Notes: generated by a model from the letters alone, not told the origin. A stretch of 64,000 bases of DNA from Haplodiscus bocki (GCA_965655095.1 OZ296649.1:101060001-101124000), one strand, 5' to 3'; positions 38,801 through 52,869 are shown, numbered from the stretch's first letter. Made by a program: numbers and translations.

Positions 38801-38879
38801 AAATCTTGGAGATTCAATTGAATATCCAACTCACACCCCTCCCCGTTAATTCGGCGACGTCATATATATCCATACTACT
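38800..38879 (-). repeat. Maverick terminal sequence (putative TIR end and replication origin)
   Basis: Minus strand reads AGTAGTATGGATATATATGACGTCGCCGAATTAACGGGGAGGGGTGTGAG. AGTAGT is a typical Maverick terminus. The partner TIR is not seen. Confidence 0.7.
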
Positions 38880-41800
38880 GGCGTATCTGTTCCCGTAAAA
38901 ATAGACCCAACCAAAATCTCACCCTCAATAAAAGTCAAAAGGTGATAAAATGAAAGGTTTGAGAATTATATGCAAAATGCAGGTCACTTGAACACTTAAG
39001 TGCCGAGTTAGAGCAGTTAGAGAAATTCTTCTACTTTTTATTTTCAAAAATAATAAGAGAGCAAAAACAAATGTGGAAGCATTCAATGGTTTGAAATTGA
39101 CTTCTAGATGTTGAGGAATGCTTTGAAGCAAAGTATAAGTTTTCTGAAAAAATTCCAAATTAGATTTTGTTTTGGATAATGCGAAAATATTTCGGACAGT
39201 CTCAGCAAAATCAGTTCAATGTCAAGATGGTGCATAATTAATTGGAAAATTATCATGAAAATTAGCCAACAGTTAGTTACAAGAGCAAGCACGTGAGCAT
39301 GCTCATGATTGAAGCGTTTCATACTTCCCAAGTTGATCGGAGGCACTTAAATCTTCACATATTAGCGCTTTATTGACTGACATTGAGGAGAAATTAAACC
39401 CAAAACCATCGAATGTTATTTTGAAATGTTTGAGGGACATGAATTACAGCAGTTTTCATCATTTCTGGACCATGAGAACGAAAAAACTAACATGAAACGC
39501 TTTATTTAGGACTTTCATATATCGAGGCGTTAACGTTTCCACCAAAATTTTTGTGAAAGAAACTGAATCAAAAAATATTCAAACATCCCATACCGAAAAA
39601 TCTCTAAGACATCAATTGCTTCATTTTTTTGTCAATTCTGGACCATTAAAATTGGAAAACGGAGGCACGACACTGCAGATGATTAACCACCCCAATCTTC
39701 ATATATTAGCTTTCATTGAGATTTTGATGAAAAAACTTTGCCCAAAAGCATTACGAAAAAAAACCTTAATTGAAATTTTCGCGAAGCCTCACATTCAATG
39801 TCAGCTGAGCAGTCAGAGCGAAATGAAGCGGAGCAATCACGTCAAGTCGCTAACGCATGTGATGAAAATGTGATTTTACATAATTTCCACAAATGCAAGT
39901 CTACAAAACTAGACACAACCTGGTCTGAATAATATCCCAACCTGTGGCTTTGGAATTAAAAAGCAGCCCAGTCGTTCACGTCTGCTTGAACAGTTACCAA
40001 TCCCGACTGCTTCAATTATCCAGGCAATAAAAATTGTACTGGAATGTTATTGAAGAGCTGAATTGCTATTTGTTTGAAATTCTATCAGAGACTCCCCGTT
40101 AAGAGAATCAGCCGACAGTACAGAAAACCATTCAGAGCAGAATTGATTATATTTGAGCCCTTAATTTAATCTCTACAATTTGGAACTTCATCAAACTCAA
40201 ATCCTGTATTACTGTCGGAGAATTTTCTATCGCACCCCCTGGCCACCTTATGTCAGTAGCGATTTTTAAATACCGAAACAATCTCCGAATACAACCATTT
40301 AGGGGAGCATCATGTCATATGAAGCAAGTGGATCTTCGCTTGCGGTGTGACGTTGAAGAAGCATATCAAAAGCTCAGACTCAATTACCCACATCAGCACG
40401 TTGAAAACGGCGCAAACGGTGAAGAAATTAATACGGGACGCTTCAAGTCGAGTTCAACGAAATTAAAACACAGCCGCCCAAAGTAGATAAGACTTCAGAA
40501 AATTTTTGGGATGATCATTTAAAGGTCTTCGGCAAATGGATGTGCCCGTAGAGCCTACTATTCATTCTCCGATGAGTTTCATTTTCAAGGAGAAATTCAT
40601 CACAAAGTTCACACAATTTGCGACTGGTTATGAGTTTCCCTGGAAACTACTTCACATTAGAATTGAAAATTTGATCATACTGAAACAAGACCGGCCACTT
40701 CGACTACTTAGCCTTCGCTCATTAACATCTGTACTTTAGATTTTTGTTAGTTATAAATTAGCAATGTCAATGCTCTTTCCATGATACCCCACCGATTACA
40801 ATTGGTAACTTTTTCGCACTTTTAGTTCGTCAAAAACTGCCAATACTTAGTACATCCTCCCTAACCTCAACCTTTATATTTATCGGAACAGTTAATGTCT
40901 GTAAATTCCGAGTATGCACTGGAAGTCGTTGGAAGAATCAGTGATACGATGTAATAACTCTGGTCCCAAAACAAGAACACAAATTCCGGGGCAAGAGTTA
41001 ATATAGTAAACAAGAAAACTCGAACTATTACAAACTGTCTGTCATTGTAGCTCAAAAATGACTGATCGTACAGTTGACACAATATACACAACGTCATTAG
41101 CTACCTAGGATGATGCGGTGGCCTAGTGGTCAAGACCTTCGGCCATGGGATTGGAACCCACTGTCGGCGCAGGTTCGAATCCGGGCTCGGGCGAAAATCT
41201 TGGAGATTCAATTGAATATCCAACTCACACCCCTCCCCGTTAATTCGGCGACGTCATATATATCCATACTACTGGCGTATCTGTTCCCGTAAAAATACAC
41301 CCAACCAAAATCTCACCCTCAATAAAAGTCAAAAGGTGATAAAATGAAAGGTTTGAGAATTATATGCAAAATGCAGGTCACTTGAACACTTAAGTGCCGA
41401 GTTAGAGCAGTTAGAGAAATTCTTCTACTTTTTATTTTCAAAAATAATAAGAGAACAAAAACAAATGTAGAAGCATTCAAAGGAAGCATTCAAAGGTTTG
41501 AAATTGAATTCTAGATGTTGAGGATTGCTTTGAAGCAAAGTATAAGTTTTCTGAAAAAATTCCAAATTAGATTTTGTTTTGGATAATGCGAAAATATTTC
41601 GGACAGTCTCAGCAAAATCAGTTCAATGTCAAGATGGTGCATAATTAATTGGAAAATTATCATGAAAATTAGCCAACAGTTAGTTACAAGAGCAAGCACG
41701 TGAGCATGCTCATGATTGAAGCGTTTCATACTTCCCAAGTTGATCGGAGGCACTTAAATCTTCACATATTAGCGCTTTATTGACTGACATTGAGGAGAAA

Positions 41801-44800
41801 TTAAACCCAAAACCATCGAATGTTATTTTCAAATGTTTGAGGGACATGAATTACAGCAGTTTTCATCATTTCTGGACCATGAGAACGAAAAAACTAACAT
41901 GAAACGCTTTATTTAGGACTTTCATATATCGAGGCGTTAACGTTTCCACCAAAATTTTTGTGAAAGAAACTGAATCAAAAAATATTCAAACATCCCATAC
42001 CGAAAAATCTCTAAGACATCAATTGCTTCATTTTTTTTGTCAATTTTGGACCATTAAAATTGGAAAACGGAGGCACGACACTGCAGATGATTAACCAACC
42101 CAATCTTCATATATTAGCTTTCATTGAGATTTTGATGAAAAAACTTTGCCCAAAAGCATTACGAAAAAAAACCTTAATTAAAATTTTCGCGAAGCCTCAC
42201 ATTCAATGTCAGCTGAGCAGTCAGAGCGAAATGAAGCGGAGCAATCACGTCAAGTCGCTAACGCATGTGATGAAAATGTGATTTTACATAATTTCCACAA
42301 ATGCAAGTCTACAAAACTAGACACAACCTGGTCTGAATAATATCCCAACCTGTGGCTTTGGAATTAAAAAGCAGCCCAGTCGTTCACGTCTGCTTGAACA
42401 GTTACCAATCCCGAATGCTTCAATTATCCAGGCAATAAAAATTGTACTGGAATGTTATTGAAGAGCTGAATTGCTATTTGTTTGAAATTCTATCAGAGAC
42501 TCCCCGTTAAGAGAATCAGCCGACAGTACAGAAAACCATTCAGAGCAGAATTGATTATATTTGAGCCCTTAATTTAATCTCTACAATTTGGAACTTCATC
42601 AAACTCAAATCCTGTATTACTGTCGGAGAATTTTCTATCGCACCCCCTGGCCACCTTATGTCAGTAGCGATTTTTAAATACCGAAACAATCTCCGAATAC
42701 AACCATTTAGGGGAGCATCATGTCATATGAAGCAAGTGGATCTTCGCTTGCGGTGTGACGTTGAAGAAGCATATCAAAAGCTCAGACTCAATTACCCACA
42801 TCAGCACGTTGAAAACGGCGCAAACGGTGAAGAAATTAATACGGGACGCTTCAAGTCGAGTTCAACGAAATTAAAACACAGCCGCCCAAAGTAGATAAGA
42901 CTTCAGAAAATTTTTGGGATGATCATTTAAAGGTCTTCGGCAAATGGATGTGCCCGTAGAGCCTACTATTCATTCTCCGATGAGTTTCATTTTCAAGGAG
43001 AAATTCATCACAAAGTTCACACAATTTGCGACTGGTTATGAGTTTCCCTGGAAACTACTTCACATTAGAATTGAAAATTTGATCATACTGAAACAAGACC
43101 GGCCACTTCGACTACTTAGCCTTTGCTCATTAACATCTGTACTTTAGATTTTTGTTAGTTATAAATTAGCAATGTCAATGCTCTTTCCATGATACCCCAC
43201 CGATTACAATTGGTAACTTTTTCGCACTTTTAGTTCGTCAGAAACTGCCAATACTTAGTACATCCTCCCTAACCTCAACCTTTATATTTGTCGGAACAGT
43301 TAATGTCTGTAAATTCCGAGTATGCACTGGAAGTCGTTGGAAGAATCAGTGATACGATGTAATAACTCTGGTCCCAAAACAAGAACACAAATTCCGGGGC
43401 AAGAGTTAATATAGTAAACAAGAAAACTCGAACTATTACAAACTGTCTGTCATTGTAGCTCAAAAATGACTGATCGTACAGTTGACACAATATACACAAC
43501 GTCATTAGCTACCTAGGATGATGCGGTGGCCTAGTGGTCAAGACCTTCGGCCACGGGATTGGAACCCACTGTCGGCGCAGGTTCGAATCCGGGCTCGGGC
43601 GAAAATCTTGGAGATTCAATTGAATATCCAACTCACACCCCTCCCCGTTAATTCGGCGACGTCATATATATCCATACTACTGGCGTATCTGTTCCCGTAA
43701 AAATACACCCAACCAAAATCTCACCCTCAATAAAAGTCAAAAGGTGATAAAATGAAAGGTTTGAGAATTAAATGCAAAACGCAGGTCACTTGAACACTTA
43801 AGTGCCGAGTTAGAGCAGTTAGAGAAATTCTTCTACTTTTTATTTTCAAAAATAATAAGAGAGCAAAAACAAATGTAGAAGCATTCAAAGGAAGCATTCA
43901 AAGGTTTGAAATTGAATTCTAGATGTTGAGGATTGCTTTGAAGCAAAGTATAAGTTTTCTGAAAAAATTCCAAATTAGATTTTGTTTTGGATAATGCGAA
44001 AATATTTCGGACAGTCTCAGCAAAATCAGTTCAATGTCAAGATGGTGCATAATTAATTGAAAAATTATCATGAAAATTAGCCAACAGTTAGTTACAAGAG
44101 CAAGCACGTGAGCATGCTCATGATTGAAGCGTTTCATACTTCCCAAGTTGATCGGAGGCACTTAAATCTTCACATATTAGCGCTATATTGACTGACATTG
44201 AGGAGAAATTAAACCCAAAACCATCGAATGTTATTTTGAAATGTTTGAGGGACATGAATTACAGCAGTTTTCATCATTTCTGGACCATGAGAACGAAGAA
44301 ACTAACATGAAACGCTTTATTTAGGACTTTCATATATCGAGGCGTTAACGTTTCCACCAAAATTTTTGTGAAAAAAATTGAATCATAAAATATTCAAACA
44401 TCCCATACCGAAAAATCTCTAAGACATCAATTGCTTCATTTTTTTTGTCATTTTTGGATCATTAAAATTGGAAAACGGAGGAACGACACTGCAGATGATT
44501 AACCACCCCAATCTTCATATATTAGCTTTCATTGAGATTTTGATGAAAAAACTTTGCCCAAAAGCATTACGAAAAAAACCCTAAATGAAATTTTCGCGAA
44601 GCCTCACATTCAATGTCAGCTGAGCAGTCAGAACGAAATGAAGCGGAGCAATCACGTCAAGTCGCTAACGCATGTGATAAAAATGTGATTTTACATAATT
44701 TCCACAATTGCAAGTCTAAAAAAATAGACACAACCTGGTCTGAATAACATCCCAACCTCTGGCTTTGGAATTAAAAAGCAGCCCAGTCGTTCACGCCTGC

Positions 44801-47800
44801 TTGAACAGTTACCAATCCCGACTGCTTCAATTATCCAGGCAATAAAAATTGTACTGGAATGTTATTGAAGAGCTGAATTGCTATTTGTTTGAAATTCTAT
44901 CAGAGACTCCCCGTTAAGAGAATCAGCCGACAGTACAGAAAACCATTCAGAGCAGAATTGATTATATTTGAGCCCTTAATTTAATCTCTACAATTTGGAA
45001 CTTCATCAAACTCAAATCCTGTATTACTGTCGGAGAATTTTCTATCGCACCCCCTGGCCACCTTATGTCAGTAGCGATTTTTAAATACCGAAACAATCTC
45101 CGAATACAACCATTTAGGGGAGCATCATGTCATATGAAGCAAGTGGATCTTCGCTTGCGGTGTGACGTTGAAGAAGCATATCAAAAGCTCAGACTCAATT
45201 ACCCACATCAGCACGTTGAAAACGGCGCAAACGGTGAAGAAATTAATACGGGACGCTTCAAGTCGAGTTCAACGAAATTAAAACACAGCCGCCCAAAGTA
45301 GATAAGACTTCAGAAAATTTTTGGGATGATCATTTAAAGGTCTTCGGCAAATGGATGTGCCCGTAGAGCCTACTATTCATTCTCCGATGAGTTTCATTTT
45401 CAAGGAGAAATTCATCACAAAGTTCACACAATTTGCGATTGGTTATGAGTTTCCCTGGAAACTACTTCACATTAGAATTGAAAATTTGATCATACTGAAA
45501 CAAGACCGGCCACTTCGACTACTTAGCCTTCGCTCATTAACATCTGTACTTTAGATTTTTGTTAGTTATAAATTAGCAATGTCAATGCTCTTTCCATGAT
45601 ACCCCACCGATTACAATTGGTAACTTTTTCGCACTTTTAGTTCGTCAGAAACTGCCAATACTTAGTACATCCTCCCTAACCTCAACCTTTATATTTGTCG
45701 GAACAGTTAATGTCTGTAAATTCCGAGTATGCACTGGAAGTCGTTGGAAGAATCAGTGATACGATGTAATAACTCTGGTCCCAAAACAAGAACACAAATT
45801 CCGGGGCAAGAGTTAATATAGTAAACAAGAAAACTCGAACTATTACAAACTGTCTGTCATTGTAGCTCAAAAGTGACTGATCGTACAGTTGACACAATAT
45901 ACACAACGTCATTAGCTACCTAGGATGATGCGGTGGCCTAGTGGTCAAGACCTTCGGCCACGGGATTGGAACCCACTGTCGGCGCAGGTTCGAATCCGGG
46001 CTCGGGCGAAAATCTTGGAGATTCAATTGAATATCCAACTCACACCCCTCCCCGTTAATTCGGCGACGTCATATATATCCATACTACTGGCGTATCTGTT
46101 CCCGTAAAAATACACCCAACCAAAATCTCACCCTCAATAAAAGTCAAAAGGTGATAAAAAGAAAGGTTTGAGAATTATATGCAAAACGCAGGTCACTTGA
46201 ACACTTAAGTGCCGAGTTAGAGCAGTTAGAGAAATTCTTCTACTTTTTATTTTCAAAAATAATAAGAGAGCAAAAACAAATGTGGAAGCATTCAAAGGTT
46301 TGAAATTGAATTCTAGATGTTGAGGAATGCTTTGAAGCAAAGTATAGGTTTTCTGAAAAAATTCCAAATTAGATTTTGTTTTGGATAATGCGAAAATATT
46401 TCGGACAGTCTCAGCAAAATCAGTTCAATGTCAAGATGGTGCATAATTAATTGAAAAATTATCATGAAAATTAGCCAACAGTTAGTTACAAGAGCAAGCA
46501 CGTGAGCATGCTCATGATTGAAGCGTTTCATACTTCCCAAGTTGATCGGAGGCACTTAAATCTTCACATATTAGCGCTTTATTGACTGACATTGAGGAGA
46601 AATTAAACCCAAAACCATCGAATGTTATTTTGAAATGTTTGAGGGACATGAATTACAGCAGTTTTCATCATTTCTGGACCATGAGAACGAAAAAACTAAC
46701 ATGAAACGCTTTATTTAGGACTTTCATATATCGAGGCGTTAACGTTTCCACCAAAATTTTTAGGAAAGAAACTGAATCAAAAAATATTCAAACATCCCAT
46801 ACCGAAAAATCTCTAAGACATCAATTGCTTCATTTTTTTGTCAATTTTGGACCATTAAAATTGGAAAACGGAGGCACGACACTGCAGATGATTAACCACC
46901 CCAATCTTCATATATTAGCTTTCATTGAGATTTTGATGAAAAAACTTTGCCCAAAAGCATTACGAAAAAAACCCTAATTGAAATTTTCGCGAAGCCTCAC
47001 ATTCAATGTCAGCTGAGCAGTCAGAGCGAAATGAAGCGGAGCAACCACGTCAAGTCGCTAACGCATGTGATAAAAATGTGATTTTACATAATTTCCACAA
47101 TTGCAAGTCTAAAAAAATACACACAACCTGGTCTGAATAATATCCCAACCTCTGGCTTTGGAATTAAAAAGCAGCCCAGTCGTTCACGCCTGCTTGAACA
47201 GTTACCAATCCCGACTGCTTCAATTATCCAGGCAATAAAAATTGTACTGGAATGTTATTGAAGAGCTGAATTGCTATTTGTTTGAAATTCTATCAGAGAC
47301 TCCCCGTTAAGAGAATCAGCCGACAGTAAAGAAAACCATTCAGAGCAGAATTGATTATTAGATTTGAGCCCTTAATTTAATCTCTACAATTTGGAACTTC
47401 ATCAAACTCAAATCCTGTATTACTGTCGGAGAATTTTCTATCCCACCCCCTGGCCACCTTATGTCAGTAGCGATTTTTAAATACCGAAACAATCTCCGAA
47501 TACAACCATTTAGGGGAGCATCATGTCATATGAAGCAAGTGGATCTTCGCTTGCGGTGTGACGTTGAAGAAGCATATCAAAAGCTCAGACTCAATTACCC
47601 ACATCAGCACGTTGAAAACGGCGCAAACGGTGAAGAAATTAATACGGGACGCTTCAAGTCGAGTTCAACGAAATTAAAACACAGCCGCCCAAAGTAGATA
47701 AGACTTCAGAAAATTTTTGGGATGATCATTTAAAGGTCTTCGGCAAATGGATGTGCCCGTAGAGCCTACTATTCATTCTCCGATGAGTTTCATTTTCAAG

Positions 47801-50800
47801 GAGAAATTCATCACAAAGTTCACACAATTTGCGACTGGTTATGAGTTTCCCTGGAAACTACTTCACATTAGAATTGAAAATTTGATCATACTGAAACAAG
47901 ACCGGCCACTTCGACTACTTAGCCTTCGCTCCTTAACATCTGTACTTTAGATTTTTGTTAGTTATAAATTAGCAATGTCAATGCTCTTTCCATGATACCC
48001 CACCGATTACAATTGGTAACTTTTTCGCACTTTTAGTTCGTCAGAAACTGCCAATACTTAGTACATCCTCCCTAACCTCAACCTTTATATTTGTCGGAAC
48101 AGTTAATGTCTGTAAATTCCGAGTATGCACTGGAAGTCGTTGGAAGAATCAGTGATACGATGTAATAACTCTGGTCCCAAAACAAGAACACAAATTCCGG
48201 GGCAAGAGTTAATATAGTAAACAAGAAAACTCGAACTATTACAAACTGTCTGTCATTGTAGCTCAAAAATGACTGATCGTACAGTTGACACAATATACAC
48301 AACGTCATTAGCTACCTAGGATGATGCGGTGGCCTAGTGGTCAAGACCTTCGGCCACGGGATTGGAACCCACTGTCGGCGCAGGTTCGAATCCGGGCTCG
48401 GGCGAAAATCTTGGAGATTCAATTGAATATCCAACTCACACCCCTCCCCGTTAATTCGGCGACGTCATATATATCCATACTACTGGCGTATCTGTTCCCG
48501 TAAAAATACACCCAACCAAAATCTCACCCTCAATAAAAGTCAAAAGGTGATAAAATGAAAGGTTTGAGAATTAAATGCAAAACGCAGGTCACTTGAACAC
48601 TTAAGTGCCGAGTTAGAGCAGTTAGAGAAATTCTTCTACTTTTTATTTTCAAAAATAATAAGAGAGCAAAAACAAATGTGGAAGCATTCAAAGGTTTGAA
48701 ATTGAATTCTAGATGTTGAGGAATGCTTTGAAGCAAAGTATAAGTTTTCTGAAAAAATTCCAAATTAGATTTTGTTTTGGATAATGCGAAAATATTTCGG
48801 ACAGTCTCAGCAAAATCAGTTCAATGTCCAGATTTTGCATAATTAATTGAAAAATTATCATGAAAATTAGCCAACAGTTAGTTACAAGAGCAAGCACGTG
48901 AGCATGCTCATGATTGAAGCGTTTCATACTTCCCAAGTTGATCGGAGGCACTTAAATCTTCACATATTAGCGCTTTATTACTGACATTGAGGAGAAATTA
49001 AACCCAAAACCATCGAATGTTATTTTGAAATCTTTGAGGGACATGAATTACAGCAGTTTTCATCATTTCTGGACCACGAGAACGAAAAAACTAACATGAA
49101 ACGCTTTATTTAGGACTTTCATATATCGAGGCGTTAACGTTTCAGCCAAAATTTTTGTAAAAGAAAATTGAATCAAAAAATATTCAAACATCCCATACCG
49201 AAAAATCTCTAAGACATCAATTGCTTCATTTTTTTGTCAATTCTGGACCATTAAAATTGGAAAACGGAGGCACGACACTGCAGATGATTAACCAGCCCAA
49301 TCTTCATATATTAGCTTTCATTGAGATTTTGATGAAAAAACTTTGCCCAAAAGCATTACGAAAAAAACCCTAATTGAAATTTCCGCGAAGCCTCACATTC
49401 AATGTCAGCTGAGCAGTCAGAGCGAAATGAAGCGGAGCAATCACGTCAAGTCGCTAACGCATGTGATAAAAATGTGATTTTACATAATTTCCACATTTGC
49501 AAGTCTAAAAAAATACACACAACCTGGTCTGAATAATATCCCAACCTCTGGCTTTGGAATTAAAAAGCAGCCCAGTCGTTCACGCCTGCTTGAACAGTTA
49601 CCAATCCCGACTGCTTCAATTATCCAGGCAATAAAAATTGTACTGGAATGTTATTGAAGAGCTGAATTGCTATTTGTTTGAAATTCTATCAGAGACTCCC
49701 CGTTAAGAGAATCAGCCGACAGTAAAGAAAACCATTCAGAGCAGAATTGATTATTAGATTTGAGCCCTTAATTTAATCTCTACAATTTGGAACTTCATCA
49801 AACTCAAATCCTGTATTACTGTCGGAGAATTTTCTATCGCACCCCTTGGCCACCTTATGTCAGTAGCGATTTTTAAATACCGAAACAATCTCCGAATACA
49901 ACCATTTAGGGGAGCATCATGTCATATGAAGCAAGTGGATCTTCGCTTGCGGTGTGACGTTGAAGAAGCATATCAAAAGCTCAGACTCAATTAGCCACAT
50001 CAGCACGTTGAAAACGGCGCAAACGGTGAAGAAATTAATACGGGACGCTTCAAGTCGAGTTCAACGAAATTAAAACACAGCCGCCCAAAGTAGATAAGAC
50101 TTCAGAAAATTTTTGGGATGATCATTTAAAGGTCTTCGGCAAATGGATGTGCCCGTAGAGCCTACTATTCATTCTCCGATGAGTTTCATTTTCAAGGAGA
50201 AATTCATCACAAAGTTCACACAATTTGCGACTGGTTATGAGTTTCCCTGGAAATTACTTCACATTAGAATTGAAAATTTGATCATACTGAAACAAGACCG
50301 GCCACTTCGACTACTTAGCCTTCGCTCCTTAACATCTGTACTTCAGATTTTTGTTAGTTATAAATTAGCAATGTCAATGCTCTTTCCATGATACCCCACC
50401 GATTACAATTGGTAACTTTTTCGCACTTTTAGTTCGTCAGAAACTGCCAATACTTAGTACATCCTCCCTAACCTCAACCTTTATATTTGTCGGAACAGTT
50501 AATGTCTGTAAATTCCGAGTATGCACTGGAAGTCGTTGGAAGAATCAGTGATACGATGTAATAACTCTGGTCCCAAAACAAGAACACAAATTCCGGGGCA
50601 AGAGTTAATATAGTAAACAAGAAAACTCGAACTATTACAAACTGTCTGTCATTGTAGCTCAAAAATGACTGATCGTACAGTTGACACAATATACACAACG
50701 TCATTAGCTACCTAGGATGATGCGGTGGCCTAGTGGTCAAGACCTTCGGCCACGGGATTGGAACCCACTGTCGGCGCAGGTTCGAATCCGGGCTCGGGCG

Positions 50801-52869
50801 AAAATCTTGGAGATTCAATTGAATATCCAACTCACACCCCTCCCCGTTAATTCGGCGACGTCATATATATCCATACTACTGGCGTATCTGTTCCCGTAAA
50901 AATACACCCAACCAAAATCTCACCCTCAATAAAAGTCAAAAGGTGATAAAATGAAAGGTTTGAGAATTAAATGCAAAACGCAGGTCACTTGAACACTTAA
51001 GTGCCGAGTTAGAGCAGTTAGAGAAATTCTTCTACTTTTTATTTTCAAAAATAATAAGAGAGCAAAAACAAATGTGGAAGCATTCAAAGGTTTGAAATTG
51101 AATTCTAGATGTTGAGGAATGCTTTGAAGCAAAGTATAAGTTTTCTGAAAAAATTCCAAATTAGATTTTGTTTTGGATAATGCGAAAATATTTCGGACAG
51201 TCTCAGCAAAATCAGTTCAATGTCAAGATGGCGCATAGTTAATTGAAAAATTATCATGAAAATTAGCCAACAGTTAGTTACAAGAGCAAGCACGTGAGCA
51301 TGCTCATGATTGAAGCGTTTCATACTTCCCAAGTTGATCGGAGGCACTTAAATCTTCACATATTAGCGCCTTATTGACTGACATTGAGAAATTAAACCCA
51401 AAACCACCGAATGTTATTTTGAAATCTTCGAGGGACATGAATTACAGCAGTTTTCATCATTTCTGGACCATGAGAACGAAAAAACTAACATGAAACGCTT
51501 TATTTAGGACTTTCATATATCGAGGCGTTAACGTTTCAGCCAAAATTTTTGTAAAAGAAAATTGAATCAAAAAATATTCAAACATCCCATACCGAAAAAT
51601 CTCTAAGACATCAATTGCTTCATTTTTTTGTCAATTCTGGACCATTAAAATTGGAAAACGGAGGCACGACACTGCAGATGATTAACCAGCCCAATCTTCA
51701 TATATTAGCTTTCATTGAGATTTTGATGAAAAAACTTTGCCCAAAAGCATTACGAAAAAAACCCTAATTGAAATTTTCGCGAAGCCTCACATTCAATGTC
51801 AGCTGAGCAGTCAGAGCGAAATGAAGCGGAGCAATCACGTCAAGTCGCTAACGCATGTGATAAAAATGTGATTTTACATAATTTCCACAATTGCAAGTCT
51901 ACAAAAATAGACACAGCCTGGTCTGAATAATATCCCAACCTGTGGCTTTGGAATTAAAAAGCAGCCCAGTCGTTCACGCCTGCTTGAACAGTTACCAATC
52001 CCGACTGCTTCAATTATCCAGGCAATAAAAATTGTACTGGAATGTTATTGAAGAGCTGAATTGCTATTTGTTTGAAATTCTATCAGAGACTCCCCGTTAA
52101 GAGAATCAGCCGACAGTACAGAAAACCATTCAGAGCAGAATTGATTATATTTGAGCCCTTAATTTAATCTCTACAATTTGGAACTTCATCAAACTCAAAT
52201 CCTGTATTACTGTCGGAGAATTTTCTATCGCACCCCCTGGCCACCTTATGTCAGTAGCGATTTTTAAATACCGAAACAATCTCCGAATACAACCATTTAG
52301 GGGAGCATCATGTCATATGAAGCAAGTGGATCTTCGCTTGCGGTGTGACGTTGAAGAAGCATATCAAAAGCTCAGACTCAATTACCCACATCAGCACGTT
52401 GAAAACGGCGCAAACGGTGAAGAAATTAATACGGGACGCTTCAAGTCGAGTTCAACGAAATTAAAACACAGCCGCCCAAAGTAGATAAGACTTCAGAAAA
52501 TTTTTGGGATGATCATTTAAAGGTCTTCGGCAAATGGATGTGCCCGTAGAGCCTACTATTCATTCTCCGATGAGTTTCATTTTCAAGGAGAAATTCATCA
52601 CAAAGTTCACACAATTTGCGACTGGCTATGAGTTTACCTGGAAACTACTTCACATTAGAATTGAAAATTTGATCATACTGAAACAAGACCGGCCACTTCG
52701 ACTACTTAGCCTTCGCTCCTTAACATCTGTACTTTAGATTTTTGTTAGTTATAAATTAGCAATGTCAATGCTCTTTCCATGAAACCCCACCGATTACAAT
52801 TGGTAACTTTTTCGCACTTTTAGTTCGTCAGAAACTGCGAAATACTTGGTACATCCTCCCTAGCCTCAA

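Larger units (their letters stand above)
23500..38879 (-). mobile_element. Decayed Maverick/Polinton (adintovirus-like endogenous virus); right terminus intact, left terminus not found
   Basis: Co-oriented remnants of pPolB, adenain protease, major capsid, pVII-like core, minor capsid, rve integrase and packaging ATPase. Ends in ACTACT (5'-AGTAGT on the minus strand) at 38879. Left boundary approximate. Confidence 0.92.

Noticed and set aside
23500-38879. Prophage or bacterial contamination
   Set aside because: The gene set (pPolB, rve integrase, adenain, A32-like ATPase) is Maverick-type and lies inside a spliceosomal intron.
38716-52737. Recurrent short ORFs in the array (MMRWPSG…, MPPINLG…, MSVAIFK…, MDVPVEP…) as genes
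   Set aside because: They recur only because the DNA is duplicated. They have no recognisable domains, several are broken in some units, and one simply overlies the Pol III unit and terminus.
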